This document shows, one piece after another, positions 39,739 through 47,843 of a stretch of 64,000 nt of DNA. A program made the position numbers and the translations under genes. Numbering within the stretch: position 1 is the first letter of the stretch; every line of letters starts with the position of its first letter. The DNA is from a virus. Location of the stretch: IMG/VR virus record IMGVR_UViG_3300009597_000014, positions 1 to 64,000 of that record. One strand, written 5' to 3'. The notes beneath the pieces are model-generated. The model was not told the origin of the DNA. It saw nothing but the letters and a program-made list of their open reading frames with translations, and did no database searches.

Positions 39739-39938
39739 TAGCCCCCCTTCGCCAGCGCGGCGCGGGCCAAGTCACCGATGCTTCGCTCTTGGCTTCCCAG
39801 CTTCCAGCTTTCGTCATAGGTGTTGGCGATCTTCGTCAGCGCCTCGCGCAGCCGGTCGTTCTCGGCCCGAAGGTGTTGAAGATCGGCTTCCGAGCGTTCG
39901 ACATAGTCGGCGAATTGTTGTTCCGTCAGGTCGCTCAT
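39738..39938 (-). CDS. Array mini-gene (66 aa), RLREAL...ARAALAK type
   Basis: MSDLTEQQ...AENDRLREALTKIA...ARAALAKGG; start lies in the junction repeat. Confidence 0.7.
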   Translation of the reverse strand: MSDLTEQQFADYVERSEADLQHLRAENDRLREALTKIANTYDESWKLGSQERSIGDLARAALAKGG

Positions 39939-40105
39939 TTCCTTGCCTCCTTCGCCAGCGTGACATCGACGAACCGCACCGGCCACATCACGATGCGGCC
40001 ATACACGGCAAGCGCCCGTTCGACCCAGTCCCGGCGATGGCTGGAGTAGATAGGTATCCACTGGCCCTCGATGAGAGCTTCCACGCGGTAAGTCAGCGGT
40101 CTCAT
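39935..40105 (-). CDS. Array mini-gene (56 aa)
   Basis: Hand translation MRPLTYRVEALIEGQWIPIYSSHRRDWVERALAVYGRIVMWPVRFVDVTLAKEARK; junction repeats at both ends. Confidence 0.65.
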   Translation of the reverse strand: MRPLTYRVEALIEGQWIPIYSSHRRDWVERALAVYGRIVMWPVRFVDVTLAKEARK

Positions 40106-40299
40106 TTCCCCGCCTCCTTCGCACGAAAAGGCGCCTTACAACTGAAACAATTCCAGCCGTTCTTTTTTGCAAGGCCAGCACTCGTTCGATGCTGGCAGGC
40201 TGTGTAGCGATAGCGGGGTTTGTCTTTACCCATTCCAGTTCTCAAGCTGTCACGATGTGCTGCGTCAGCCCACGATCTCCAACCTGGCATGTCGGTCAT
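40102..40299 (-). CDS. Array mini-gene (65 aa), Zn-finger-like
   Basis: MTDMPGW...CQH...CFSC..FRAKEAGK. Confidence 0.6.
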   Translation of the reverse strand: MTDMPGWRSWADAAHRDSLRTGMGKDKPRYRYTACQHRTSAGLAKKNGWNCFSCKAPFRAKEAGK

Positions 40300-40550
40300 G
40301 AGGAGGCTCCTGCTAGAGCGTCGAGGGCAATGCGCTCCATGCGCTCGATGATGCTGCCGGGCTTGATGTACTGCTTGCTTGGGCGCATATACGCGATGCT
40401 TGTCAGGGCCTCGCGCAGCCGGTTGCGCTCGGCGTGAATATCCCTCAAATATGCTTCGAGGATCGTCTCCGCGCCTTTGATTTCTATGGTGTGATCGGTT
40501 CTGAGCAGCAAATGCCCGCCGCATATTGTGCATGGCTTCAGGTCGCTCAT
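40296..40550 (-). CDS. Array mini-gene (84 aa)
   Basis: MSDLKPCTICGG (Lar-like start)...AERNRLREALTSIA...IALDALAGASS. Confidence 0.7.
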   Translation of the reverse strand: MSDLKPCTICGGHLLLRTDHTIEIKGAETILEAYLRDIHAERNRLREALTSIAYMRPSKQYIKPGSIIERMERIALDALAGASS

Positions 40551-40774
40551 TTCCCAGCCTCGAACTCAAGGTGTTTGATGAGGACAGCTTCAAGACGCCC
40601 GACGTTATTACGAATGTCCCTAAAATCGTTAGCTATTTCGATCAGGTCGTGGCGTATTTCCTTCAATCGCAGACGAGCTTCGAGGATGTTAGTATTAATC
40701 GTTGACAAACAGTAATAAAGCAGACCAGTCGCCATAACGATTACTACCAAAATGATAAGCGCGACTTCGGTCAT
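40547..40774 (-). CDS. Array mini-gene (75 aa), N-terminal TM helix plus coil
   Basis: MTEVALIILVVIVMATGLLYYCL...FEAGK. Confidence 0.65.
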   Translation of the reverse strand: MTEVALIILVVIVMATGLLYYCLSTINTNILEARLRLKEIRHDLIEIANDFRDIRNNVGRLEAVLIKHLEFEAGK

Positions 40775-41073
40775 TGCCCTGCCTCCTTCGCCAGCGCTAG
40801 CCCGAGAGTGGCAATCCGCTTGACCCACTCCGGCGCACGCCGATGCTCGCTGATGATGGTCAGTGCTTCGCGCAGCCGGTCCCGCTCATCGCTTACCTCG
40901 GCCCAAAGCTGTTCAAAGCTGGCGTTCTTATCCAGCGCATCCTTGTATCTCTGAGTTTCATATTCGGCTTTCTCCAGTGCCTCACACAGCCGCTCGATCT
41001 TGGCTTCAAGTTCAGCGATCCGGTCGCGATATTCCTTGGTTTCCCATTGTTCGTCAGCGTTGTGTTGCGTCAT
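40771..41073 (-). CDS. Array mini-gene (100 aa)
   Basis: Two boxes (KIERLCEALE, ERDRLREALT); ends ALAKEAGQ. Confidence 0.7.
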   Translation of the reverse strand: MTQHNADEQWETKEYRDRIAELEAKIERLCEALEKAEYETQRYKDALDKNASFEQLWAEVSDERDRLREALTIISEHRRAPEWVKRIATLGLALAKEAGQ

Positions 41074-41252
41074 TCCCCCGCCTCCTTCGCCAGCGCGGCA
41101 CGAGCGATTTCGTTAGCGAACGCCCCGGCGCTGTATGTTCCTACCCAGCCGTATGTCCCCTGCATTTTTGCGATGCGTGTCAGCGCATCACGCAGCTGCC
41201 TGATTTCAGCAAGCGACGCTGCTGGTTCGTGATAGGCTTCATCGTCCGTCAT
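41070..41252 (-). CDS. Array mini-gene (60 aa; alternative start 41297)
   Basis: AEIRQLRDALTRIA...ARAALAKEAGE. Confidence 0.65.
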   Translation of the reverse strand: MTDDEAYHEPAASLAEIRQLRDALTRIAKMQGTYGWVGTYSAGAFANEIARAALAKEAGE

Positions 41253-41353
41253 GGCCGAAGCGTCTTCTCGCCGTGGCATCACGCTTTCAACCCCCATGGC
41301 TGGCGATCATCCGGGCGGTAGGCCGGGTTCGGAAGAAGTTCATGTTGGGCTCC

Positions 41354-41680
41354 TCAGAAAGGGATTTCGTCGTCGGCGACGCGCCGTCTACGCGGCGCCG
41401 CTTTGATCGTCTTCGTCCGTTCTGCCGCCTCCTCTGAGGTTCCTGATTTGAGAGCGGCCTGCAAAACAAGCCGCGCATTGTGTCCCGGCATCCTCGCTGG
41501 ACTGCCGTAAGTGCGCTCAAGAAGCAGGTCTACTGCTTCCGTCATCGCACCCCGTAGCCGGTCGCGTTCGGCCTCTGCTTCAAGGACACGCTTCCACGCA
41601 TTTTGCGCATCGTCCAGGGCACGTTCCAGATCGGACAGTCGCACCCATACCTCACCATCTTCCTCGATGGTTCGTTTCAT
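41354..41680 (-). CDS. Array mini-gene (108 aa) ending in an SSB-like DDEIPF tail
   Basis: MKRTIEEDG...AERDRLRGAMTE...DDEIPF. Confidence 0.65.
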   Translation of the reverse strand: MKRTIEEDGEVWVRLSDLERALDDAQNAWKRVLEAEAERDRLRGAMTEAVDLLLERTYGSPARMPGHNARLVLQAALKSGTSEEAAERTKTIKAAPRRRRVADDEIPF

Positions 41681-42000
41681 TTCCTCACCTCCTTCGCCAG
41701 TGCCACGCGGGCGATTACGCCAATTCCACCCAGTATATGCGGGTGTGCTTCCGACCATCCGTTGATCTTCTCAAGCGCCTCACGTAGTTGCTCGTTCTCG
41801 GCCTTAGCTTCGTCACGCTGGCGCAGAGCCATGTCGGTCATCTTCTTCCAGACGCGCCTAACATTGCTATCGGTCTTACTTTCGAAGGCGACTTTCCAGT
41901 CGTCCCGTTCCTTCACCAACCGGTCGTTCTCGGCTCGGAGGGCTTTGCAATCAGCCTCGGCTGCGTCGTAAGCAGCTTCGTAAATGTTGATGTCGTTCAT
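41677..42000 (-). CDS. Array mini-gene (107 aa)
   Basis: AENDRL..., AENEQLREALEKI...ARVALAKEVRK. Confidence 0.7.
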   Translation of the reverse strand: MNDINIYEAAYDAAEADCKALRAENDRLVKERDDWKVAFESKTDSNVRRVWKKMTDMALRQRDEAKAENEQLREALEKINGWSEAHPHILGGIGVIARVALAKEVRK

Positions 42001-42233
42001 TTCCCCGCCTCCTTTACCGTCGCGACCTTGGCAATACGTCTTGCTTCATGCGGATCGTCCAGCCAATTCAGTTCTGCGATTTTTTCCAGTGCTTTGCGCA
42101 ATTGGTCGTTCTCAGCCTCAAGTTTGGCAATACGATTTCGAGCGGTCCAGATGGCAGTGGCAAGTGTTTTCATTGTCTTGTCCCGCTTAATCTTTTGACC
42201 GTAATTATATGCTGTATCCTCTAATTTATTCAT
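41997..42233 (-). CDS. Array mini-gene (78 aa), first of the array
   Basis: MNKLEDT...AENDQLRKALEKIA...ATVKEAGK; start overlaps the vWA gene stop. Confidence 0.65.
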   Translation of the reverse strand: MNKLEDTAYNYGQKIKRDKTMKTLATAIWTARNRIAKLEAENDQLRKALEKIAELNWLDDPHEARRIAKVATVKEAGK

Positions 42234-43488
42234 TGAGGTGAACAATCTGGCCTTGAGCCACTTTAGCATCTCGATTATTAAGAGCGACCCAGATAATAGG
42301 TATATTTAATCCCGGTGGTAATGGTTCCATTGGATCACATTCCAGATCCGAGAATATCACCACAGCTGTTGGTTCGTTCTTGACGATCCATTCCCTGACA
42401 CAGACGAGAGACGTACCTCCTCGGCCTGTGATCTTGATCTCATCGAAGGGATCGTCCTTAAGGAACACATCTTCCTGTTGGATCTGGGTGTCAAACTGCA
42501 CCATAGTCAGCTTCTCGGGCTGATAGGTGTCTTTGACGTATTTGAACTCCGAGTTGAAACGGATGCTATCGCCATCACTAATGGAACCAGAGACATCCTG
42601 GAAATTCACAATGTGGTCCAACCCCTGACGATCATCGACCAAGCCGGGAAGGTAGATGTCCTGGTAGCGCCTATTGGGCCGCATCCAGCTGTAATCCAGG
42701 TTGGCCAGCTCATTGAAGAACTGGTGGAGGATCCTGTCCCAAGGTAATTTTGGTGACAGGAAGCGCTTGAGAGTGATCTGTACCTCTCCAGGCATATCTC
42801 CCGCACCACCAGAGATCGCAGCGGTATGGGCTGCAGAGACAACATTGTTGATGACTGTATGTTCGATCGACTTCTGGTCATCGATGCTCTCGGCCTCTAT
42901 GATATCACCCGAATCACCCTCTCCAGTTTCCTCGTCAGTGTGACCCCACATAAACTTGGGAAAGGTAGTTTTTAGTTCCTCTAGCTCTTCGTCGCGTCTG
43001 CGAACCAGGTCGTCATAAACAGCCTCAGTGACCCACCCGTCATACCGGTGATCGAGCCATGGTTTGAGACCCTCGAACGAATGGCCCTCGAGATCGAGCA
43101 TATTATTGATGACGATATCGCCAGCCAGATTCCAAAGGTAGGGTTCCCTGGTTCCTCTTCTGAGCATATGCAGCAGACCAGGATGCCAGAGCTCGTGCAA
43201 CAGGACGGTGCCTCTGGACTTGGGTTTGGTCTTCAAGAAGAACCGCGGATTCCACAGGAGTCTGATTCCGTTGGTGCAGGCAGTAGCGATGTCGACTGTC
43301 CATGAAAAATTCATGGAGCACATCAATGGACCCAGGAAGGCTGCGTTCTTACCCAAAAAAACCTTCGATTTGACCCGATCCAGTTCCCGATCCAGAAGCC
43401 GATAATTGAGCTCCGGTAATGGTTTCTTCTTTTTCTGGTTCGCTTTGATCAGTTCCGGTGTCATTACCGTCATCGACAATGTCGTCAT
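42226..43488 (-). CDS. vWA-domain putative metallopeptidase (N4 gp25-like)
   Basis: TACTNG, HELWH (HExxH), WNLAGD..IN, DVSGSIS (MIDAS), GRGGT, FSD. Confidence 0.9.
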   Translation of the reverse strand: MTTLSMTVMTPELIKANQKKKKPLPELNYRLLDRELDRVKSKVFLGKNAAFLGPLMCSMNFSWTVDIATACTNGIRLLWNPRFFLKTKPKSRGTVLLHELWHPGLLHMLRRGTREPYLWNLAGDIVINNMLDLEGHSFEGLKPWLDHRYDGWVTEAVYDDLVRRRDEELEELKTTFPKFMWGHTDEETGEGDSGDIIEAESIDDQKSIEHTVINNVVSAAHTAAISGGAGDMPGEVQITLKRFLSPKLPWDRILHQFFNELANLDYSWMRPNRRYQDIYLPGLVDDRQGLDHIVNFQDVSGSISDGDSIRFNSEFKYVKDTYQPEKLTMVQFDTQIQQEDVFLKDDPFDEIKITGRGGTSLVCVREWIVKNEPTAVVIFSDLECDPMEPLPPGLNIPIIWVALNNRDAKVAQGQIVHLNE

Positions 43489-44557
43489 GGAGATACCTCG
43501 AGAGTTCAACCATCGCTGCTCTGAAAGCAGGATGACGTTTCATTTGTGGTTTCTGAACCATCAGAGCCCGGAAAAACAGGATTCTAAACTCAGATCCAAG
43601 CCTGTTGATGTAAATAGAAATATCAGCCAAATTATCATTAGCTACATTTTCTATCAAATAGGTAACAGTTGCCCATTTGGTGGAGCTATCAGCAGGAAGC
43701 CTGGTTCCAATTGGATCCTTGATGATTTCTTTTAGCTTAGGCAATGATTCATAAACTTTAGTAAAATTGATAAAATCAGTAGCTACTCCAGAGGTAATAG
43801 CACCTGCATAAAGAGCAGCCTCTTCCTCCATCTCATAGAAGGAGGATCCATCAGCCCTGGTTCGGGTTTTGAATTCCTTGCCTTTAATAAGCTTGTTCAT
43901 GAATTCCCAGGTTCTGGGAGCACAGAAAGTCTTATCATTATGGTCAGGTCTAAAATCATGCAATAATGCTTTCTTCATATTCAAGAAAGCCACAATTCGA
44001 CCATCCCAGGCAAACCTAAGAGCCACGTCTTCCATGAACTCATCAAAATTGAGCTCCATGGTCAGATGGATCAATCTTGACTGCATGGCAGTGGAGAGGG
44101 GATTAACAATCGATCGGTCGGTCGTAAGGTTACCCGCACAAACGATAACGACATTGGAGTGGAGCTTACGGAGCCCAACCATTTTGTCGAGGACAAGTTT
44201 GTAGGCTGCAGCCTGAACCATCTTTGAGGCTGCATTGAACTCGTCCAGGAATAACATCCATCCTTGGTAACCATCGGGAATAGGAGTCCCCTCAACTGGG
44301 AAATTTTCGAATGGAATGAAGCTGGCACTTCTTTCTGTTAGCTTAGGCAGGCCAGACAGATCTTCCGGGGCTGATGTGCTCAGCCTATGGTCTATCATCT
44401 TCAGGTTAAATTCCTTGGCAATCTCAGCCACGATGGCACTCTTGCCCATGGCAGGAGAGGATTGCACAAAGGGAACCAGGCCTGAGAACATGCACCTGAT
44501 GATGTATTTTTTGACCTGTCTGGGGGTACAGGTGTAGGCACTCAAGCCTGCAGCCAT
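43349..44557 (-). CDS. MoxR-like AAA+ ATPase (N4 gp24-like)
   Basis: SSPAMGKS, DLSGLP, LFLDEFN, AAYKLVLD, CAGN, PRTW. Confidence 0.9.
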   Translation of the reverse strand: MAAGLSAYTCTPRQVKKYIIRCMFSGLVPFVQSSPAMGKSAIVAEIAKEFNLKMIDHRLSTSAPEDLSGLPKLTERSASFIPFENFPVEGTPIPDGYQGWMLFLDEFNAASKMVQAAAYKLVLDKMVGLRKLHSNVVIVCAGNLTTDRSIVNPLSTAMQSRLIHLTMELNFDEFMEDVALRFAWDGRIVAFLNMKKALLHDFRPDHNDKTFCAPRTWEFMNKLIKGKEFKTRTRADGSSFYEMEEEAALYAGAITSGVATDFINFTKVYESLPKLKEIIKDPIGTRLPADSSTKWATVTYLIENVANDNLADISIYINRLGSEFRILFFRALMVQKPQMKRHPAFRAAMVELSRYLHDDIVDDGNDTGTDQSEPEKEETITGAQLSASGSGTGSGQIEGFFG

Positions 44558-44589
44558 GAGACTTTCCTCACTAAGTTGATAATACAGAA

Positions 44590-44793
44590 TTAATTGGAGA
44601 TGGCAACCATGCCATCGGTGTCATTCCACCGATAATTGGCAGGCTGGTCGGACGGTACGACACGGTAGTCGTCACATTGCGTCCAATTAAACATTTTATT
44701 GTAACCAGCTTTACTGGCTTCACCTTCAGTTTCAAAAAAAGCTTGATTGTCGTACCATTTTCCTTGAACGTTAACTTCATAACGATAAGACAT
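44590..44793 (-). CDS. Hypothetical protein
   Basis: 67 aa; AAAGGAG RBS. Confidence 0.65.
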   Translation of the reverse strand: MSYRYEVNVQGKWYDNQAFFETEGEASKAGYNKMFNWTQCDDYRVVPSDQPANYRWNDTDGMVAISN

Positions 44794-44826
44794 TGGTTTC
44801 TCCTTTCTGGAACCAGAAAAAAGAAA

Positions 44827-45078
44827 TTAGACTTTTGAAATATCAATGTCTAATTCGGCAGTCTGGATCTGATAGGATTCATCATCCTTGGCTTCGAAGT
44901 AGTGCTCAATCATTTCATCTGGATCCTCTGGCTTGACATGCTCTGGATCCATTTCGTCTCCCCACCAGCTATCGACATAATTCTTAACGATTTTATTGGC
45001 AGCTTCTGCAGAAGGACTGGCATAGAGATCGTCGCCATGCTTGTGACTGATATGAGTAATCCAGACTGTGATTTTCAT
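44827..45078 (-). CDS. Hypothetical protein
   Basis: 83 aa; ATGA-coupled. Confidence 0.6.
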   Translation of the reverse strand: MKITVWITHISHKHGDDLYASPSAEAANKIVKNYVDSWWGDEMDPEHVKPEDPDEMIEHYFEAKDDESYQIQTAELDIDISKV

Positions 45079-45542
45079 GCTGCCCTCTTTCTAGCAGGTT
45101 TAACAAATGGTACATTAACGCAGAGTTTATGATGTTTGTCACAATAGACACTATTAGGTAATTTAGCTTCACCACAAAATAGTCCTTTATCGCCAGGCTG
45201 TTCATGATGTTCCCACATAGGGAATTTACAATGAAATTCCTTAAGTCTGACTAAGGTTATTCCTTCCATTTCTGGTTCCTCCTCTATAATGACTGGTGCA
45301 TATTTGAGGACAGGTTTAGGTTTAACTTCAGTTTCAGATTTTTTAGCATTCATGCCTTTGACAGGTAAATGAGGCAAACCAATTTGTTTTAGTCTAGGTG
45401 TTCTCCAGATAATACCCATTACTGAATTACGAGTACGACTCACAGCCTCAGCAATCTGTTTGCTCGTGAAATTCTTAGTGAGCATCATTTCTGCTATCTT
45501 ATTAATTTCCTCTTCGGTTGGTGATCCAGTCCTAGCAATCAT
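45075..45542 (-). CDS. gcrA: GcrA-family cell-cycle transcriptional regulator
   Basis: N-terminal HTH TSKQIAEAVSRTRNSVMGIIWR; C-terminal ITLVRL.E.HCKFP...FCG......YC..H. Confidence 0.85.
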   Translation of the reverse strand: MIARTGSPTEEEINKIAEMMLTKNFTSKQIAEAVSRTRNSVMGIIWRTPRLKQIGLPHLPVKGMNAKKSETEVKPKPVLKYAPVIIEEEPEMEGITLVRLKEFHCKFPMWEHHEQPGDKGLFCGEAKLPNSVYCDKHHKLCVNVPFVKPARKRAA

Positions 45543-45799
45543 GCAAGCCTCTTATCCGTTGCCAACCAGGTCGGCATAGTTATGTCTAATTCTTTACGTT
45601 CTGATATAATATTACCAGTTTCAACTATAGTAATTCTTATTAATGGTAAGAATACTATATCTTCGTTAATAGCTATTGAGACAGCTATTGACATTCCACC
45701 TTTATGATAAAAGCGTTCCAAACACCTAATGGTAATTGGAGTCCAATCTCTACCGTCTTCGTCAATATAGCTCATGATTATTTTCTCATCCATACCCAC
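45539..45799 (-). CDS. Hypothetical protein
   Basis: VFLPL..I..ITMPTWLA.DK.L motif seen in small phage proteins. Confidence 0.55.
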   Translation of the reverse strand: MGMDEKIIMSYIDEDGRDWTPITIRCLERFYHKGGMSIAVSIAINEDIVFLPLIRITIVETGNIISERKELDITMPTWLATDKRLA

Positions 45800-45859
45800 A
45801 TAATGAAGGCTATCACAAGCAGTGATATTATAACTGTGTACATACTAGGATTTCCATAA

Positions 45860-46063
45860 TCAAACATTAGGACCACCTTGAGCCAGTTTGATATGTAATT
45901 CCTCAATTTTTTTATGTAATATAATACGATCGTTCCTGAGTCCTATGAGTGTCTTGATGACCAGGTCTATTGCCTTGGGTCCTATGGCTGGTTTTTGACC
46001 CAGCCATTCAATGAACACATCGATGTCTTCGTCAGCAAGTGTTGGCACAGGATAATCGTTCAT
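45860..46063 (-). CDS. Hypothetical protein
   Basis: 67 aa; GGGAG RBS just after the terminator. Confidence 0.55.
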   Translation of the reverse strand: MNDYPVPTLADEDIDVFIEWLGQKPAIGPKAIDLVIKTLIGLRNDRIILHKKIEELHIKLAQGGPNV

Positions 46064-46074
46064 GGTAACTCCCT

Positions 46075-46108
46075 AAAAAAATAAACCCCCGCCAATATGG
46101 CGAGGGTT
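46075..46108 (-). terminator. Rho-independent terminator
   Basis: Minus strand AACCCTCGCCA-ta-TTGGCGGGGGTT-TATTTTTTT. Confidence 0.8.
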
Positions 46109-46131
46109 CATAGTTTCTAGTAATTAAGAAA

Positions 46132-46986
46132 TCATTTTTTTGATTTCTTTCTATAATCATCATCATCGTCATCTTTGCCTTTGACGAGCTTGGCTAAACG
46201 GGCATCACCTTTAGATTTCTCCTCGGCTTCTTCCTCTTCAGCTTCAGCCTTTGCCTTGGCATCCGCTGCAGTCTTGGCCTTCTTGGAAGCTTTGGTATCT
46301 TCTTCCTCGTCGTCAGCCATGAGTAGAAGAGCAGCTGTCACAGTGACACCAGCCTCAGTTATATGGCCCACGTATTTATGGGCAATCCTGATGACGGTAG
46401 TGCCTGGAGCAACGCCTGTGACGACTCCAGCGGCACTTACGGTGGCAATAGACGTATTGGCACTGACGAAGTCATTGTCTGCCACAGCAGACGCTACATC
46501 GCCTGGCTGAAGCTTTACAGCAAGGGTAGCTGTCGCAGCGACCACCATAGCTACGGGAGCACAGGTGATACCCGTTGAAAGCATGATTGGGCCATGGCGC
46601 TTGATTCGAATATTGGCCATGTCATGGATGCCATGAGGAAACATGGATCCAGGCGTTGGGCCGCTATAAGCAGGGAGACCGTTTAGAGCTACAGGCGGTG
46701 CCACCCATCCAGTGGTGGGTGGTGTCGTAGTAGCTGGTGTTGCGAACAGACGTTTGGCGACAACCTCTCTGACGTGATGAAAAGCTGTGTGGTTGAGTCC
46801 ATATTTGTGAAGCGGATCGGTTCCAGCAGCGTGGTCAACCGTGCCAAGGCTGGTGCCTGTACCCGGTAGCGTATCTGCACCAACAGCGACAAAGACATCA
46901 AATCCTGGCCTGATGGGAATTGGTTGACCACTGGGCAGCAGAGTAGTGGTGTCCATAGGACCAAGTTCCAGTTTATAAGTAGCCAT
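46132..46986 (-). CDS. Ig-like (Big_2) capsid decoration protein, N4 gp17 position
   Basis: FVSANTSIATVSAAGVVTGVAPGTTVI Ig signature; follows RNAP II subunit 2 as in N4; start MATYK with CAGGAG RBS. Confidence 0.8.
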   Translation of the reverse strand: MATYKLELGPMDTTTLLPSGQPIPIRPGFDVFVAVGADTLPGTGTSLGTVDHAAGTDPLHKYGLNHTAFHHVREVVAKRLFATPATTTPPTTGWVAPPVALNGLPAYSGPTPGSMFPHGIHDMANIRIKRHGPIMLSTGITCAPVAMVVAATATLAVKLQPGDVASAVADNDFVSANTSIATVSAAGVVTGVAPGTTVIRIAHKYVGHITEAGVTVTAALLLMADDEEEDTKASKKAKTAADAKAKAEAEEEEAEEKSKGDARLAKLVKGKDDDDDDYRKKSKK

Positions 46987-46999
46987 TTGCAATCTCCTG

Positions 47000-47041
47000 A
47001 AAAAATAAGGGCGCCGCTCCCTAAGAGTCAGGAGCGACGCC
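47000..47041 (-). terminator. Rho-independent terminator after RNAP II subunit 2
   Basis: Minus strand GGCGTCGCTCC-tgactcttag-GGAGCGGCGCC-CTTATTTTT. Confidence 0.75.
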
Positions 47042-47047
47042 ATGTTA

Positions 47048-47843
47048 TCAGGAAAGTGCGTAGTTGGTAACTCGAATATCAGCAGGTAGTGTCGGATCGA
47101 TCTTGCCAGCTGTGATATGTTTTCCGGTGATCTGACCAACGATCGAACCAAGGATCTTGGATTCAGCTATTTCAGCCAGCAGATTATTATATTGCTGTCT
47201 GAGATCATTTCCATGGTTCGGAAGGCATCTGAAACAGTCATGGATGGAGATAACCTGGAATGGTTTATCTGGTAATGACCTGAGTAATTGTCTAATAATT
47301 TCAGGATTAACCAATCCCATATTATCAATGTTCAGATACTCCAGGATCCTAGCTGATAAGAATCCTGTCATTTGGTAGTTGATCCAGAGCTGTTGAACGA
47401 GCCTGTCGTTCTCGTATCTGGATCGGTGTCCTCCTCCACCTACGAATGCTAAACCCTGCAGTTTCTTGATCTTGATTGGATCGTAGTTACACCTTCTGTT
47501 CATTTCCCTGACGATCATGCCATCAATGGAATGAACCATGTTGGCTCCCAATGAGCGTCCTCCCTTGATGGGCATGTTCTCATTGAAGATAACGTCATAT
47601 GGTTCATCCAGGAATGTGACAGGTTCTATTATCTGACCCATTACCTTAACTTTCACATGGAAATTATCAGGTAATGTCCATTGATTAATCAGGGCTGTCG
47701 GATCCCAGATACCAAGCATGGTCTCATTGATTTCCCATGCTCCTGGTGCATTCTCCTGGATTGTCTCATAGAAGGTCCTGAGCAGTTCACCCTCGCCGAA
47801 TATCTGCTTGGGTGTGGCTGTGGACCCATAGAACGCTGTCATA
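47048..47843 (-). CDS. RNA polymerase II subunit 2 (N4 gp16), exon 2
   Basis: MTAFYGS (second half of motif B), ANMVHSIDG, motif C IHDCF; spliced product is 400 aa. Confidence 0.92.

Larger units (their letters stand above)
39738..42020 (-). repeat. Dispersed junction repeat GCGCTGGCGAAGGAGGCnnGGnAATGA (about 8 copies)
   Basis: + strand TCATTnCCnnRCCTCCTTCGCCAG at 39935, 40771, 41070, 41677; copies diverging at the 3' end at 40102 and 41997; degenerate at 40547 and 39738. Confidence 0.85.

Noticed and set aside
39738-42020. CRISPR array or integron attC interpretation of the junction repeats
   Set aside because: Spacing is irregular (170-600 nt), the repeats are degenerate, non-palindromic and protein-coding, and no cas or integrase gene is present.
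39589-42233. Diversity-generating retroelement
   Set aside because: No reverse transcriptase in the window and no near-identical TR/VR pair differing only at adenines.
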